Assembly: GCA_050273025.1 (NCBI GenBank)
Contig: CP158635.1
Coordinates: 25,544,001 to 25,608,000 of the forward strand
Origin: Cenococcum geophilum
Lineage: Eukaryota
Direction of reading: 5' to 3'
DNA length: 64,000 nt
The translations under genes were made by a program, and so were the position numbers. Shown here piece by piece: positions 39,111 through 52,615 of this stretch (within the stretch, counting starts at the first letter, position 1; each line of letters starts with the position of its first letter). The notes beneath the pieces were generated by a model. The model did not search any database. It was not told the DNA's origin and saw nothing but the letters and a program-made list of their open reading frames with translations.

Positions 39111-41616
39111 ATGGCGAACACGCGGGATCCTCGACCCTTTATTCTATTCTTAATACTCATATTTCTTTTGAATTCTGCAGAACAGCAACAACAATCCTTC
39201 GGTCCCCACTCTCGGTATGATGATGCCATCGCTCGAGAACGTGACGCACTGGATGTTCTGAACAAAACCCATTACGGAAGCTTTGATACTGAACAAGGAA
39301 GCTGGTTAAATCTGACAGGATTCAGACATGACGATGGGCTAGCCTGGAGTCTGTTCAAACCTGTTCAGCAGCGAGTGAGGGAACAAACGGTGGCTTTACT
39401 AGGGGCGCAAACCGAGGCATCGTTAAACGGCTCCCTAGAGGACTCCAGCTATACTGCCGTATACCACAATGTCACTGGCCACGTAAAGGGGGAGTGGGTA
39501 CGGTCAAAAGTTGGCCATGGTCTACCTGCACCGCACCTCAACATCTCCTCCATGTTGCCGGAAAACGCCTATCCTTTCTCAGACTATGATAGAAACCTCA
39601 CCGGCACCGGTGGTAGTGTGCGTCTCCACTTCAATGAGGCAGAAGGACGAACACGGGCAGATATGAATAAATCCATCTCTGACATCAGCGCTCGCATGGT
39701 CATTGGGGATGATACCTCTCTGGGGGACTGGTGGGAATTTACGCTTCATGGTGTACATTTCCTCAAGTTTGGGGGCATGTTACTAACGACTACAAGCGAG
39801 AAGTAAGTTCTTTCCACATTGTTCCCGCATGTTGTGTGCTCACAACCTTAGATTCTCCGGAATCTTTGCGCTTCCACATCTCACGTTAAATGAGCACCTC
39901 TACTCTATCTCTCAAGAGATATTAAATCTTACTATTCAAGATATGATTATACGTCAAACATCTCGGTCGGTCGTTACATCGAATCCATGGTCCTCTGCAG
40001 TAGATGGCTCAAGTGACAGCCTAGTACCGGCGCTGCATTGCGAGTATGTAGTGTATTTACAACAGCATCCAGTTCTCTTCCATTCTCCCTCCAAACTATA
40101 CCCTAGCAGTAATCCGTACTATCTAAAGTTCATTGAAGATGAGCTGCGGTATCCCACCGGATCTCCCCTTCCTGGTCCGTCTCAGTTGTCTATGTCTATG
40201 GTTGCATTTTCGCCCGATTGTGGGTTCGTCATAGAATCAAAGGGACCTCCGGATTACACGCGGCAGGAAGGCTCTCATTTAAAGGGATCTAAACTCGACA
40301 TATCCATGAGCTTGGCAAGACGTAGTACCCTCATTTTTGCCGTTGTGATAGCTGTGCAACTCATGTTCCTCGTGAGGCAAATGAAAGAAACATCGACACC
40401 ATCTACACGCAGCCGTGTTGGCTTTTACACAATAGCTACGCTAGCTTTAGGGGACGGCTTCGCCTTTTTAACGCTTGTTTTCATGCACATCTACTCTGGG
40501 ACATCGCTTCTCGCTTTGCATGCCACTACATTCCTCGCATTATTCTCGGTGGTTTTCGAGTTGAGATTTCTGATGGACATTTGGACTGTCCAGGCTACTG
40601 AACGGAGGCGGCAGGAAAGGCAGGAAGGCTCTGAAACCGCCACGAATTATATGAGTGCCCGAACACCCCAAGATATGCAGCCAATGGGACCAGTCATATC
40701 AGCTGCAGGTAGTGACAGCCTGCCACTGCCAGTTACAGCAAATCGACCTGGGGTAGATACCGGGACAACGCCTATCATTCTTCCACCTGATCAAGACGGA
40801 GATGAAGCAACGGAGAACACAAACGTCGCAGTTACTGGCGCGGCTGGAACCGCTCCAACTGGTGCTGAACTTGGCGCTCTATATACACGCTACTGCTTCC
40901 TCCTGTTCGTGACTTGCTTTCTAACTTTACACTCTACCTCTTGGCCCACCGCCGCTCGCTCTATTTACAGCAACACTCTTCTATTCATTTATCTGTCCTT
41001 CTGGTGTCCACAAATATACAGGAACATCATGCGCAATTGCAGAAAAGCTTTACGTTGGGACTTTGTCATCGGCCAAAGCGCTGTCCGACTAATTCCTATC
41101 ACATATTTTTACGCAGTATCCGGTAACATCTTCTTTGCCCAAACTGACCTTCGAGCGCTATCGGTCTTGGTCGGATGGATCTGGATCCAGATCATGGCTC
41201 TTTTAAGCCAGGATATACTTGGCCCACGATTCTTTATCCGGGAAGGGTGGGCGCCACCCGCCTACGATTACCATCCTATCCTGCGGGAAGATGAGGAGGG
41301 CGCTAACATGCCCATCGGATCTACCCAATTGCCTGAAGATGATCCTGTGTCGCCTTCTGCCATAAAGCCAGGAGAGTCGAAGGAAAAGGGCAAGAAAATT
41401 TTCGACTGCACTATCTGCACCCAAGATATTGAGGTGTCAGTAATACCAGCTGGGGGCCCTGTTGAAGGCACCTCTGGCATCGGTGGCAACATCTTATCTC
41501 GGAGAGCGTATATGGTTACCCCATGTCGGCACATATTTCATACGCCGTGTCTTGAAGGCTGGATGAGATATCGATTGCAATGTCCTAACTGTCGCGACAT
41601 TCTTCCCCCTCTCTGA
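39111..41616 (+). CDS. TUL1: Transmembrane RING E3 ubiquitin ligase of the DSC complex (Tul1/Dsc1), one intron ~39803-39851
   Basis: Signal peptide, lumenal domain, multiple TM helices (SFWCPQIYRN), C-terminal RING-H2 CTIC...YMVTPCRHIFHTPCLEGWMRYRLQCPNCR. Confidence 0.9.
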
Positions 41617-42412
41617 ATTATTCCAGAAGAATTCATGGACCGGATGGCTCGAAACATCTAATGCGCCTCCGAATTTGCATCAACACGCCAATCAAAAAGA
41701 TTGAAGGATACGAAACACTTCTTTATCCTTTCAGTAAACTAAGCAACTACATAGTAATCAAAGTAGCCTTTTATTAATACTAGGCAACCATTTAAGATCG
41801 CAGTTGCTCGTCTAACTGACACCTGGAAAACTCGTTCACTTATACTTTAGTAATACTTGATTGGGTTCCGGTGTCTATGTTGTCTTGGAGAGTTACAAGG
41901 GCAAACATACGAATGATGAAAGCTGCACAAAAGCTTAGACCGATCCAGGGAGTGATCGTCTACAGTGCAGAAGAGTAACAATTAAATTGATCCGGTGTTG
42001 TTGTATCAACTCCCTGCCTAAAGAATCGGTTACCCCAAGTCTCAAGACTCTTTACATGAGTTGATGATGCTATATGTGATTTTACCTCCTTTAGATACCA
42101 ATGATTCCTTAGCGGTTCCATTGAGCCACCTAGGTGTCTCTACACTTGCTCAATTAAACAATAGCGTTGTGCACCCTTCCCTACTACACCCCCAGGTGAC
42201 CATCTTAAAATCGACCTTGACCTAAGCAACGAATCCTAATAAAAGGCGTAATACCATAAATAATTAGCCAACGCTAGCCCGAGGCGCGGACAAAGAACAT
42301 TGAGATTTGAGGCCGCCTATTAACAGAAGCCGTGCTTTGCAGTAACAAAAGACACCAATCTCAATGATAGATCTAACAGCCAAAAGCACTAGAACCGCAT
42401 CATTTGATATGT

Positions 42413-42982
42413 TTATGCCGTTGCATCTTCATCAAACGATAATTTGATGGTCTTCGCTTTCTTTTTCGGCTTGCCGACAGGCTTGCTGTTCCCGACTTTA
42501 ACATCTACATCGTCATCTTCACCAATAACTTTGACGGCTTTCCTCTTCTTAAGGCCTTTTCCAATTTCCGTTAGCCGTTGCTTTGCTGATAGATCTCCCT
42601 TCTGGTTGGATGGATTATCTGCAGGTAGTGCAATGGTAGTAGATAAGCCCTCCTTTTCGTCAGCGTCCGCACTTTGAATTCCGCGCTCTTCGTTAAGGGT
42701 GTTTCCTGCTAACAGTGCTTCATATTCGGATTTTGACAGGGCCATGTTGCTATCTTCGAGAACATACGTTGGGCCATCATCCTCGTCTTCTTGCTTTTCC
42801 CGTTTCGGCCTTGCGAAAGGGCGATCATGGCGATCCGAGTCCGTACCGCTCACTTCACCTTTCAACCTCCGCAAGAAAGCAGGCTCTTTGGCATCTGTAG
42901 ATATTACTATGTAAATAGTATGTTACAAACAACCACGCGGGGAGATAGTACCATAGCTGAGGTTTTTGGCTTTGAAGCTCAT
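42413..42982 (-). CDS. Small conserved charged protein, DUF4604-like (one intron)
   Basis: MSFKAKNLSY/DAKEPAFLRRLK... and a C-terminal KKKAKTIKLSFDE motif. Confidence 0.75.
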
Positions 42983-43925
42983 TTTTTTTACGACTAGACT
43001 TGTGTGGCAATAAATAGATATTTGCAAATTAGGTATTTTTCCTGTTTAGATACAGAGCATGATGATGTCACGTGGTGTTGAAGGCCTGATTAAAATTTTG
43101 GCTTGACGCGTAACCTCGACGGGTGGCTTCAAAGAGTGATACGAATTGACTTGGTCGACCTGGCCTTGGACTTCCCGAGCGTGCGAGCTTGTAATTAGTA
43201 CCGTGAATGTATACAGATTAGACGCGCCGTGTGAGGGGCGCTATTGTTGAGGTGGCAATAGAAGTAGCAGCAAAATCGAAGGAAAGGGGCGCCCATTTAG
43301 GCGCGCTCTTGGCGAGGATCCAAGGCGGAATTGGCATGTCAATTTTGGTGTTGACCTCGATGGTGCTCCGTGATTGATAGTAGGACACATTGCTGTGTCT
43401 TACCCTCTTGCAACAAAGCGCCTTTAGGCTCAGATCTCTCCAGTATCGTTGTCGCTGCCGGACCGTTGTTCGTTGCCCGTCCCTTGTCTCTTGGCATCGA
43501 CCTCCTGGGTGAGATACGCTTTCCTCACAACGGCGACACCTCAGCATCAAGACCTTCGTCTAGAAAAGTTTCACCCTTCCACCATACCGCTAACACCTCC
43601 CACCCACGACTCTAGCTCTGTCTCGCAATTCCTGTGGGCTTCACATTGGCGACCCTGCCACCCTCGCCGACGGGCACTTTCAGACCTGCTCACATTTTGG
43701 AGGATTCTCCAGCCGTTCGTTACTTGCCTCACCTCTTATCTACTTCAACATTCTGTTACGGAACGATCTCCCAGTCACATACGCCCTGCGCTGCTGGCTC
43801 CTAGTTCCCTCCGTTCTGATCTTGGTCTTCTTGTAGAGCATTCTGCTCCACTGGCTGGATCCAGAGCGGCATAGTCGCAGCACTTCCCCCGGGCTAAATT
43901 GACGCGCCATCGACATCCAGCACTG

Positions 43926-45672
43926 ATGGGGCTTGTACAAAATCTTGTCAAGAGGATACCATCTTCTCCCAGTCTGCCTTCCCTCGATGATCTCTCACGC
44001 AGAGCAGACAAATTGTCCCCTCGATTAGCCTTTTTCCGCCGCCGCATACGCCTAAAAGGCAACTCCTCCATCTCGATACCCCTTGGGCTTGTCCTACTTT
44101 TCCCTTGTATTGTCATAATATTAATACTTATTCTCTTTGTACGGCATCCCCAATCGCCTGGCATAATATTGATGCCCGCTGGGGCACCTCCGTCAATACG
44201 GTATGACCGACAAACCCGCATGCAGCTGTCCCCACATATAATATTAGTTGCTAATAAAAACATTATCTATAGGCGAATAAGTGACAAGCACGACAAAGTT
44301 TTCGTAACTGGCTGCTTAGAACCTCAAGTAAACGCTCCCCGGGCGAATGCGGCTTTCGTCGTGCTAGCAAGGAACAAAGAGCTAGAAGGAGTAATACAAT
44401 CAATCAAATCGATCGAGAGGCATTTCAACAGGTGGTTCCACTACCCATATGTCTTTCTCAATGATGGCGATTTCAATTCTACCTTCAAGGAGACAGTCCT
44501 GAATTACACTAGTTCAAGCGTAGAATGGGGGAAGATAGATTCAACCATGTGGGGATATCCGACATGGATGGATATGGCAGTTGCAAAAGAAGGAATTCAA
44601 AAACAGGGAGACGCTGCGATTATGTATGGAGGAATGGAGAGCTATCACCACATGTGTCGGTTTTATTCTGGGTTAGTCATGTGCCTCCGTTTTGCATGCT
44701 TCCAAACTAATGCTCTGTACAGGTTCTTCTACAAGCATGAGCTCCTCCAAAAGTACGAATGGTATTGGAGACTGGAGCCGGAAATCAAATACTTCTGCGA
44801 TATTACTTAGTATAAACCACATTATCTCGACATATTGCTCAAACGGCGCTAACAACTGACAGTGACCCGTTCATTCATATGGAACGTGAGAAAAAAACGT
44901 ATGGTTTCACAATCGCTGTCAAAGAACTGAAGGAAACGGTGCCGAATATCTTCAGGTACGCGTCGGCGTACAAGCGAATGAACAACCTCACCTCTAAAGG
45001 CCTGTGGGAAATGTTTGTAGAGAAGCCTGAAGAAAAGCCCGATGCGCTCCCGAAAGACGATCTAAAATATAAAAAGCCTTTGCCTGAAGAGATCCTTAGT
45101 ACTGAGCCTGGGACAGGTTCATTACCTGATATTGATCCAGAGGCGATGGAGGGAGAGAAATACAACATGTGCCATTTCTGGAGCAATTTTGAGATTGCCC
45201 GCCTGGATTGGTTCCGAAGCAAGGAATATAACGACTTCTTTGAAATGATGGATCGTAGTGGAGGGTTTTGGATGGAGCGGGTAAGCTACCACTTGAGAAT
45301 TTGGACAAGCTCAAGCTAACATTCAATCAGTGGGGAGATGCGCCCATCCATTCACTCGCCGCCGGAGCTCTCCTAGGGCCAAAAGATATCCACTACTTCC
45401 GTGATTTCGGCTATCGTCATACTACCATCCAACATTGCCCAGCAAATGCACCAGCACGTCAGCTTCCTCGGATACCTTTTCTTGAACAAACAACGCTAGA
45501 CGAGAAGAAGCGCATCGAAGAAGATGAATACTGGGCATCGTACGATTCTCCGAAGGAGAACGGCGTTGGTTGTAGATGTAAATGTGATACGGACATTGTG
45601 GATGTAGAAGGCAAGCAAGGTAGTTGCCTTTCGGAATGGGTCGATGTCGCTGGTGGTTGGTCGTCTCCATAG
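43926..45672 (+). CDS. KRE2/KTR-family (GT15) alpha-1,2-mannosyltransferase, Ktr5/7-like, multi-exon
   Basis: N-terminal TM anchor; NAAFVVLARN, YPYVFLND, SYHHMCRFYSG, YWRLEP, CHFWSNFEIA, GGFWMER/WGDAPIHS. Confidence 0.92.
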
Positions 45673-46430
45673 ACTGGACAAGGCGGTCACGGATGTGTTT
45701 TATTGCTTCATAATACCTTTCAAACATGGTTTCATCTTGTCACTGCTTGCTACAGCCCGGTGGCTTGTCTTTTTTGCGCAACCCTTTCGTCTGGATGAGG
45801 TTGCATACTTCTGGGATGTATCATGGAGTTTGGAAGGCTGCACAATGTACTTATTGCTCGATTTTTACTGTCGGCTCGACAGGACAACAATACCACCATA
45901 ACGTCGAAAGGTGAGGAGACAGTTCACCCGGGCGGCTGTTAGTTAAATGCATGCTTGCAAGACTGGAGAATGATACTCGGCTGAAGATAAAGTCGACGCT
46001 TATTTTTGACCTTTCTGGTGGCCTTCGTGGGAACTCCGGCATGTGGTCCTAGTGGATGTGATATCGCCGATAAGCTTGACCTCTATCGCGGGGCTCCTCC
46101 CCGCCTTACAATACTCAACACCTGCACGTCGAGCATAAATCCGCATTACGGCTTGCTGCGGATAGGTGCTTCCCTGAAGAAAGGCGTTTACCCTACAGCC
46201 AACACCAGCAACCGTCAGACTCTTTGGCCAACTCAACGCTCGCCCCGCTCTGCGTTTCACAAGGCTCCGCTAAGAGCCATTTCACTTTAAGGTTAGGCAG
46301 TCACCCCCGACACGTTGAGCACCGAAGGATATCCTCTCTACTTTCCCTTAACTTCTCTCCTTTCTTTCTATATCCTTCCCTCTTCCACCATTTCGTCGAG
46401 TCTGCTCCTTCTTAGGACACCTCGCTAATT

Positions 46431-49067
46431 ATGTCTGAGGACAGCCAGTCAGCATCTTGTCACGCCCTGACGTATCCCGCTGTCGCCGTGCACGGCACAC
46501 TTGCCAGCCTTGCTTCCAAAAATCTCGATATGCGTTCAAACACGAAGAGTCATGTTGAGGAGACGCCCAGCTCGTTGGAAGATAGCACTTACGAGGTGTT
46601 GGGTGACAGCTCCTTCGAAACCTCCGATGACGAAGAAGGACGCACTGAGTCCTTAGCCTCAACCGACGGTCATACACCGGACGACATATCAAGCATTGCA
46701 GATACAGAAGAGTCCGATGATAGCTACACCTTGGGGGCTTCTGAACATCACCCCGACCCTCTTGCCGACTCGGCAGTGGCGCCATTCAATCACCACGTTT
46801 GCGATGAAGCCGGTACTCATAGCGATATAACCACTCGAGCTGACGTTCGCTCAGTAACTTCATCATACATTCAGTTTGAGGAACCGCAACCTAGCTTGAG
46901 GGAGGATGAAATGAATGTATGCCGTGTTATTCGGGCTTTCGATGCACACGAGATACCTGATGTTCTACGACTCTACAACTGTCCGCAAATCCGAATTACT
47001 GCAAGACAAGCCCTATCGAAGAACTACCTTACTCTAAAGAGGCCATTCCGTATAATGTACGTCGGAGAGGCCACTCATTGGGCTAAAGAGGATATCATTG
47101 GCAAGATTGCTTCTGCTTTAACCGCCGGTTCCGATTCAATGCTAGACTCACATTCAATATCTGAGAGTTCCTCAAGATTCAATGTATTCCCAATCACATC
47201 CTTTGGTGAGGAAGGATCTTCGCCTCAAGTGGAGCTTATTGATTCCTCTGGCATTGAGCTAGTGGTTCATCAATGTACAAGTGCTCTCAAGATCCATTCT
47301 ACCAACAGCGACACATCCTCTACCATCCAGCTTACACTAAATGATAAGACTCGCCTTATCTTCACCCCTGACAACTCAGTAGAAGTCATAGGTGAAGCAC
47401 CACTTACTCATTACCTACCTGACCTTACAATTATCTGTCATACCTCTGGGAGCCGTCTTTCAAGCTCCTATGAAGAATCGGGCCAGCACCAACTGATCCG
47501 AGAAGCGTTGAGGTCTCAGTCGATACCAATTCTAGATATTGCCATGGTTGTACCATTCCACCAATGCCCCGATTCCTATACCTTCAGCTCCAAAAGCCTA
47601 CGTCTGTGCGTCGAGGGTCGTAGTTCTGAGGAGCCCAGCCACCGTATCCTAGAAACGCTCCCCATCAATATCTCCTCTCTCCTTGAGATTGATGCTGGCC
47701 AGTTGAATCGGCATCTGGCGTGCATTACCAAACTTAATCACGAGGCCAGCCAGAACCCAACGCAAGCTCTGACAGGTGGTCCTCCTCAAGATTTAGGAGA
47801 AACACTAAAAGGGAAGGCCGTGGATTCCAAATGGAATATCACCGATATGTTTTCCAATAATGCTGGACCGAAGAACTGGTGCGGATATGCGAAGAACGCG
47901 GCACTTGGAAGGGGCCACTCGACGACATTACGTCGAACCCTAGCTCTTGCTGCTCTGGTTTTGATGGCTGTCTTAGCAGCCATCTCTCTGCAAGCAATCA
48001 ATTATTGGGGCACCAGGATTGAACCAGTATGGGAAGATGCTGCTCTCAGCTCTGCAATATCAACACTCACTTCCTCTTCGAATCTATGGGCCCAGGCTCC
48101 TATCACGGAATCGCCCAAGTTCCCAATCGCAACGATTCAACTTCCATCCAATCAAGTCACTAAAAAGGAGCTCAGTATGGTTAATCCGGACAAGTCGTTA
48201 GGACGACCCTTAGTTCATACGTTGTCGCCGAGAGCAAACGACTCAGACCAGTTTAAGATCCATGTTATCGGTGACTATCACTTTGTTCTCACACCCCCGC
48301 AGCATTTCGCAAAGCTGAAAAAGCCACCACAACTCCATGTACGAATCTTCCGAGGATCTAGATCCATCCCATCACAGTTATCAAAATTAGTCGAAGGGGT
48401 CCATGCCGTGGAACTCGAAAGAGAAGATGCATACGGCCTTCTTAACGTGACAATATGGACAGATTCAAAGCCTGTCATTTTGCAAACTTTTGGCATTAGG
48501 CTTGGTTCTCCTTGGCTCAAGCTATCTGCGTGGACCAATAGGGCTGAGAGGCTGTCAAATATTGTCAAACGCGACATAACTCTGGCGCAAATCGGGCTCA
48601 GAAGCGTTCCCGGCCAGTTATACCAGAGTGTCTTTGCAGGGATGAGTCAAGTCGATGAGGGCACCACAACCGCATTCAAGCACACGAGATATTGGAAGGA
48701 AAAGGTCAAATCGTCGACACGGGGTATCTCCGAGCAAATCCAAGCAACGAAACGTGAATCGATACAGCAAATAGCCAACCAATACCGAGCAAGCAAAGAT
48801 ATCTCGAGGAAATTTCGTCAATTCAAGGACTTGTGTGCCGGACAGGCTTCTGAGCTGGCTCAATCAATACGCATCATGGATGTGATGAAGGTTTGGCGGC
48901 AGACTTCGTCGTTGAGAACGTCGCGACCTCTCTTGGATGCTCGTAGGAATGCATTGAAAATGTGGAGAAAGTTTGGCAAAGAGTCGCGGGAAGAGCCCGC
49001 AGTTCTTATCAAGGGAAAGAAGGAAGGGAGAACTCGTAGGGGATGCAAGAAACAGAGTGGGAAATGA
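46431..49067 (+). CDS. Uncharacterised 878-aa protein with an acidic N-terminus and one predicted TM segment
   Basis: Uninterrupted 2.6 kb ORF; hydrophobic stretch TLALAALVLMAVLAAISLQAI; family not recognised. Confidence 0.8.
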   Translation: MSEDSQSASCHALTYPAVAVHGTLASLASKNLDMRSNTKSHVEETPSSLEDSTYEVLGDSSFETSDDEEGRTESLASTDGHTPDDISSIADTEESDDSYTLGASEHHPDPLADSAVAPFNHHVCDEAGTHSDITTRADVRSVTSSYIQFEEPQPSLREDEMNVCRVIRAFDAHEIPDVLRLYNCPQIRITARQALSKNYLTLKRPFRIMYVGEATHWAKEDIIGKIASALTAGSDSMLDSHSISESSSRFNVFPITSFGEEGSSPQVELIDSSGIELVVHQCTSALKIHSTNSDTSSTIQLTLNDKTRLIFTPDNSVEVIGEAPLTHYLPDLTIICHTSGSRLSSSYEESGQHQLIREALRSQSIPILDIAMVVPFHQCPDSYTFSSKSLRLCVEGRSSEEPSHRILETLPINISSLLEIDAGQLNRHLACITKLNHEASQNPTQALTGGPPQDLGETLKGKAVDSKWNITDMFSNNAGPKNWCGYAKNAALGRGHSTTLRRTLALAALVLMAVLAAISLQAINYWGTRIEPVWEDAALSSAISTLTSSSNLWAQAPITESPKFPIATIQLPSNQVTKKELSMVNPDKSLGRPLVHTLSPRANDSDQFKIHVIGDYHFVLTPPQHFAKLKKPPQLHVRIFRGSRSIPSQLSKLVEGVHAVELEREDAYGLLNVTIWTDSKPVILQTFGIRLGSPWLKLSAWTNRAERLSNIVKRDITLAQIGLRSVPGQLYQSVFAGMSQVDEGTTTAFKHTRYWKEKVKSSTRGISEQIQATKRESIQQIANQYRASKDISRKFRQFKDLCAGQASELAQSIRIMDVMKVWRQTSSLRTSRPLLDARRNALKMWRKFGKESREEPAVLIKGKKEGRTRRGCKKQSGK

Positions 49068-49910
49068 TATGGTCATAACGCGGCGTTTTATTTATTTAGG
49101 GGGATTGTGGAATAGCTTACCGGTAAAGGCGTTCACTCTAACCTGCCCTTGCTTTCTGAATTTAATTATGTGACCATGTTGAGGGCTACATCTTATCGAT
49201 CCAGCTGATAGAAAGAGTAGTTCAACGGATTGCATGGGCCACTGGATACAGGGCTGGGTTGAGAGTGATAAGCGGCTTCATTGTTAGTGCCCTCAGGAAC
49301 TGTGTTATGCCAGGACTAGATAATTATTTATCACTTCAAGTGATCAAAGTAACCATCGCAGCCTCAAAATACTGCAACAAATCTGGAAGCGGTTTTATTG
49401 CCTAGTGCAAAGTACAATAGATTTAATGCTAGGTAAAACTTGGTGGTCTACCAGAGCCTAGCTGGTGACCGGGGCCCACCTTGTTTAGTCGTGACCTTGT
49501 AAAACCATGTCACAACTGTTTAGCTGTAAAGTCTTCTAACAAAATTAAAAAAAAAATAGCTGTAATATATTTTATTACTAATATTATTGACATAGAAGTT
49601 TTTAAGCTTTTGAAATGAGCTATTCTAAAGTTGTAAACCTATCTTAAACCGGTGGGTTTTGGTATGAGCGAGGCCACGACTACACGGACATTCCAGATGT
49701 CGCCAGACACGTGCTCGGCTCTGCAGCCTGCAGAAAGCCAAGATATCGTTTTGCTGTTCGGAGGGGAGGGGCATGTCAAACCACTCCCACTTCACCTTCT
49801 AGCTAAACTTGAAACTTTTATCACGTTTTTCTCCACCATAATTTTGCAAGCTTTACCCAATCCCCGCCATCCTTGTTTGCAAACTGTGATACAGCACTAC
49901 ATCCTTCAAA

Positions 49911-50856
49911 ATGGCTGACACCGAGACCAAACCTGAGCCTGCCCCCGAACAGCCTGCAGCACCTGGTCCTCAACTTGCGGAAGATGAAACGAATAGAGTC
50001 ACTACTGCCACCACCGAAGCGTCTAAGCCCTCAGAAGAAAAATCGGTACCCTCCATTTCGGAAATAGCTTCCAACGCAGCATCCTCCGCTACCGCAGCTG
50101 TTAAGGATAATGTCTTTTCAATGTTTGGTGGAGGTCCCAAAAAGGAGAAGAAAGAAGAAGCAGAGGAGGTTGACGAGCCTTCAGGATCATCAAAGGCTAA
50201 GGCTGCAGATGTGAGTCAAGCCTTATGCTAATGCCTGCCGTACAAATTCCAATAACACCACAGGACGACGAGTCCCCTGAAAACCACGAGCCCGACATTC
50301 ACTTTGAGCCTGTTGTGCGCCTCACTGAAAAGGTTGAAACGAAAACCAATGAAGAACTCGAGGAACAAACCTTCAAGATGCGCGCCAAACTATTCAAGTT
50401 TGATAGAGAATCGAGGGAGTGGAAGGAGCGAGGCACTGGCGATGTCCGATTACTGAAGCACAAGGAGAACGGCAAGACGCGCTTGGTTATGAGAAGAGAT
50501 AAGACCCTCAAGGTTTGCGCCAACCACTATGGTAAAAAAAAATAATATAAAGATCTCCATTCCCTCATTATGAACAATTGCTGATACACAGGCAGTTGTT
50601 CCCGACATGAAGCTCTCCCCAAATGTAGGCAGCGACCGAAGTTGGGTCTGGAATGCTGCCGCAGATGTTAGCGAGGGCGATCCAGAAGCTCAGACTCTGG
50701 CTATTCGCTTTGCCAACAGCGAGAGTAAGCTAGCTACTGTTTTCGTACTGAGAGCATATTCGTTGACCTTCTATAATCCCAGATGCGAACCTGTTCAAGG
50801 AAGCCTTCATCAAGGCTCAGCAGGAGAATGAGGTCCTATTCAAAGCGGCTGAGTAG
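49911..50856 (+). CDS. YRB1: Ran-binding protein 1 (RanBD), multi-exon
   Basis: [24 protein letters not shown]...[46 protein letters not shown]. Confidence 0.95.
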
Positions 50857-51556
50857 TAAGGTTTTGAGATGCTAAGGTGTGGAGAGCTCGGAGGGATGGT
50901 GAGCTTTGAAGAAGCTATGGCGATTATTCGGGAGAATACTATAGAGCACTCATACTGCACATACTAGCAACGAAACTGGCTTGGCTATACCTGCAAGATC
51001 TCTGGGTATGGTCTCTTTACGCCCTTAACATGCGAGTATTCCACTTCCAAAACCATTCGCGAAGTAGGCATGTTAGGATATGCTCCCAGTCGAACCCATC
51101 TCACGTCGTTACTTGAGGCCAAATTTAAACAATTGTTTAGCAGTAGCAATACACGTGTTGAACGGCTGCTTGGAACGTCTTGCGCCCGTAGAATCATATT
51201 TGAAACCTTGTATACTGCTTCTCCTGTGCTTCAACTCACTGTCTCGCTCTCTTAGGAGCGACTACTTTTAACTATTTGTACCCGCAAATCATGTAACAAG
51301 CCCCACAGCCCGTGCATGCGAATGGCGCCGGATAGTCGAAAGCCGCCTGGCAGCCAGGCAGCTTGGCTGTTCGTCGCTTCGTTCCGCTCGGCTAGCTCAC
51401 CCCGCCAGGCCCGCCATCTTTCTTACGCATCCAAGCATCAACCTTAGGGCAACCTCATTGCATCACCTTGCCCATTGCCGTGGCCACGAGTCTAGCCTCC
51501 CGCGCTTCCTCTACTATACATCATTTTCGCAATTGCGGCGACAAGAGGTCCTCAAA

Positions 51557-52615
51557 ATGCCTGACGTGAGCTACCCGGCTGCCATAGCGTGCGATAAATA
51601 TTGATTCAACTGGTCCAGGTCAAACGCCAGGTCAAAATCATTACCCGCCAGAGGGCCATGTATGTTAAGTGCCAGCTTGCGATCAGCTATGTTTTTGTTT
51701 TCCTGCGAACTTGTCGCTGACTCTCCCGAAATAGAGATGAGCCATCGCCAATGGAAGGCTTTCCAATGCGCTCATGGAGTATCGAGATATGCCTGCTTGA
51801 TGAGCATGGGCAAGAAGTGCCAGCCAATGTTTTCGAGAAGGCTGTATACAATCTCCATCCCTCTTTCGAGAGACCGAAACAGAGTATGATGCTATCTCTA
51901 TCCACGGACCCTTCAGCCACAACTAATGCAGCTTGTGGCTAGCCTTCAAAAAGCCGCCATTCCGGATCGAAGAAAAAGGATGGGGAGAATTCGATATGCA
52001 GATTGTTCTTAGTGCGGTGCACAAGGGAGGTGACCACACTCTCGAGCACGATCTGAACTTCCAGAGCGAGCGCTATGACGCAAAACACACGGTCGTAAGT
52101 TAATGCTAGACAAGGCGCGTTTTAATGGATACGCTGACACCTAACATAGACTTTCAGGAACCCCAAGCCAGATCTTCTCGCTGCGTTGAGAGAATCAGGA
52201 CCTGCAGGAGATGAAAATGGTGTCCGGGGAAAGCGCGATGATCCATCAAGGAAGAAGAACCGGAGAGAAAAGAATGTAAGCCTAGGCTACACCCGCCCAA
52301 CTGTTTTAGCGTTGCTGACGCTTTCCCCGTGGAACTAGGTTGATATGGAGAAGCTCGCGGACGGTCTGCAGAGGCTTGGCGAGGATGATCTCCTCCAAGT
52401 CGTTCAGATGGTTCACGACAATAAAACGAATGATACGTACACAAAAAATGATGTGGAAAGTGAGTTACTTAACCGAAGCCAAAAAAAAGAACCCTGGCAC
52501 AATCAGAAGATTAACATATTACTCAGATGGTGAATTTCACGTCGATCTTTACACACTTCCTGACAGTCTTGTAAAAATGCTTTGGGATTTCACCGCTTCG
52601 AAAACCGATTTATAG
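51557..52615 (+). CDS. TAF14: YEATS-domain protein Taf14 (TFIID/TFIIF/SWI-SNF subunit), multi-exon
   Basis: MPD/VKRQVKIIT, EGFPMRSWSIEI, YNLHPSF, PPFRIEEKGWGEFDM, C-terminal ET domain DMEKLADGLQRLGEDDLLQVVQMV...EFHVDLYTLPD. Confidence 0.92.

Noticed and set aside
49540..49650. Short AT-rich patch upstream of YRB1
   Set aside because: Too short to assign; no TIR, TSD or coding relic seen
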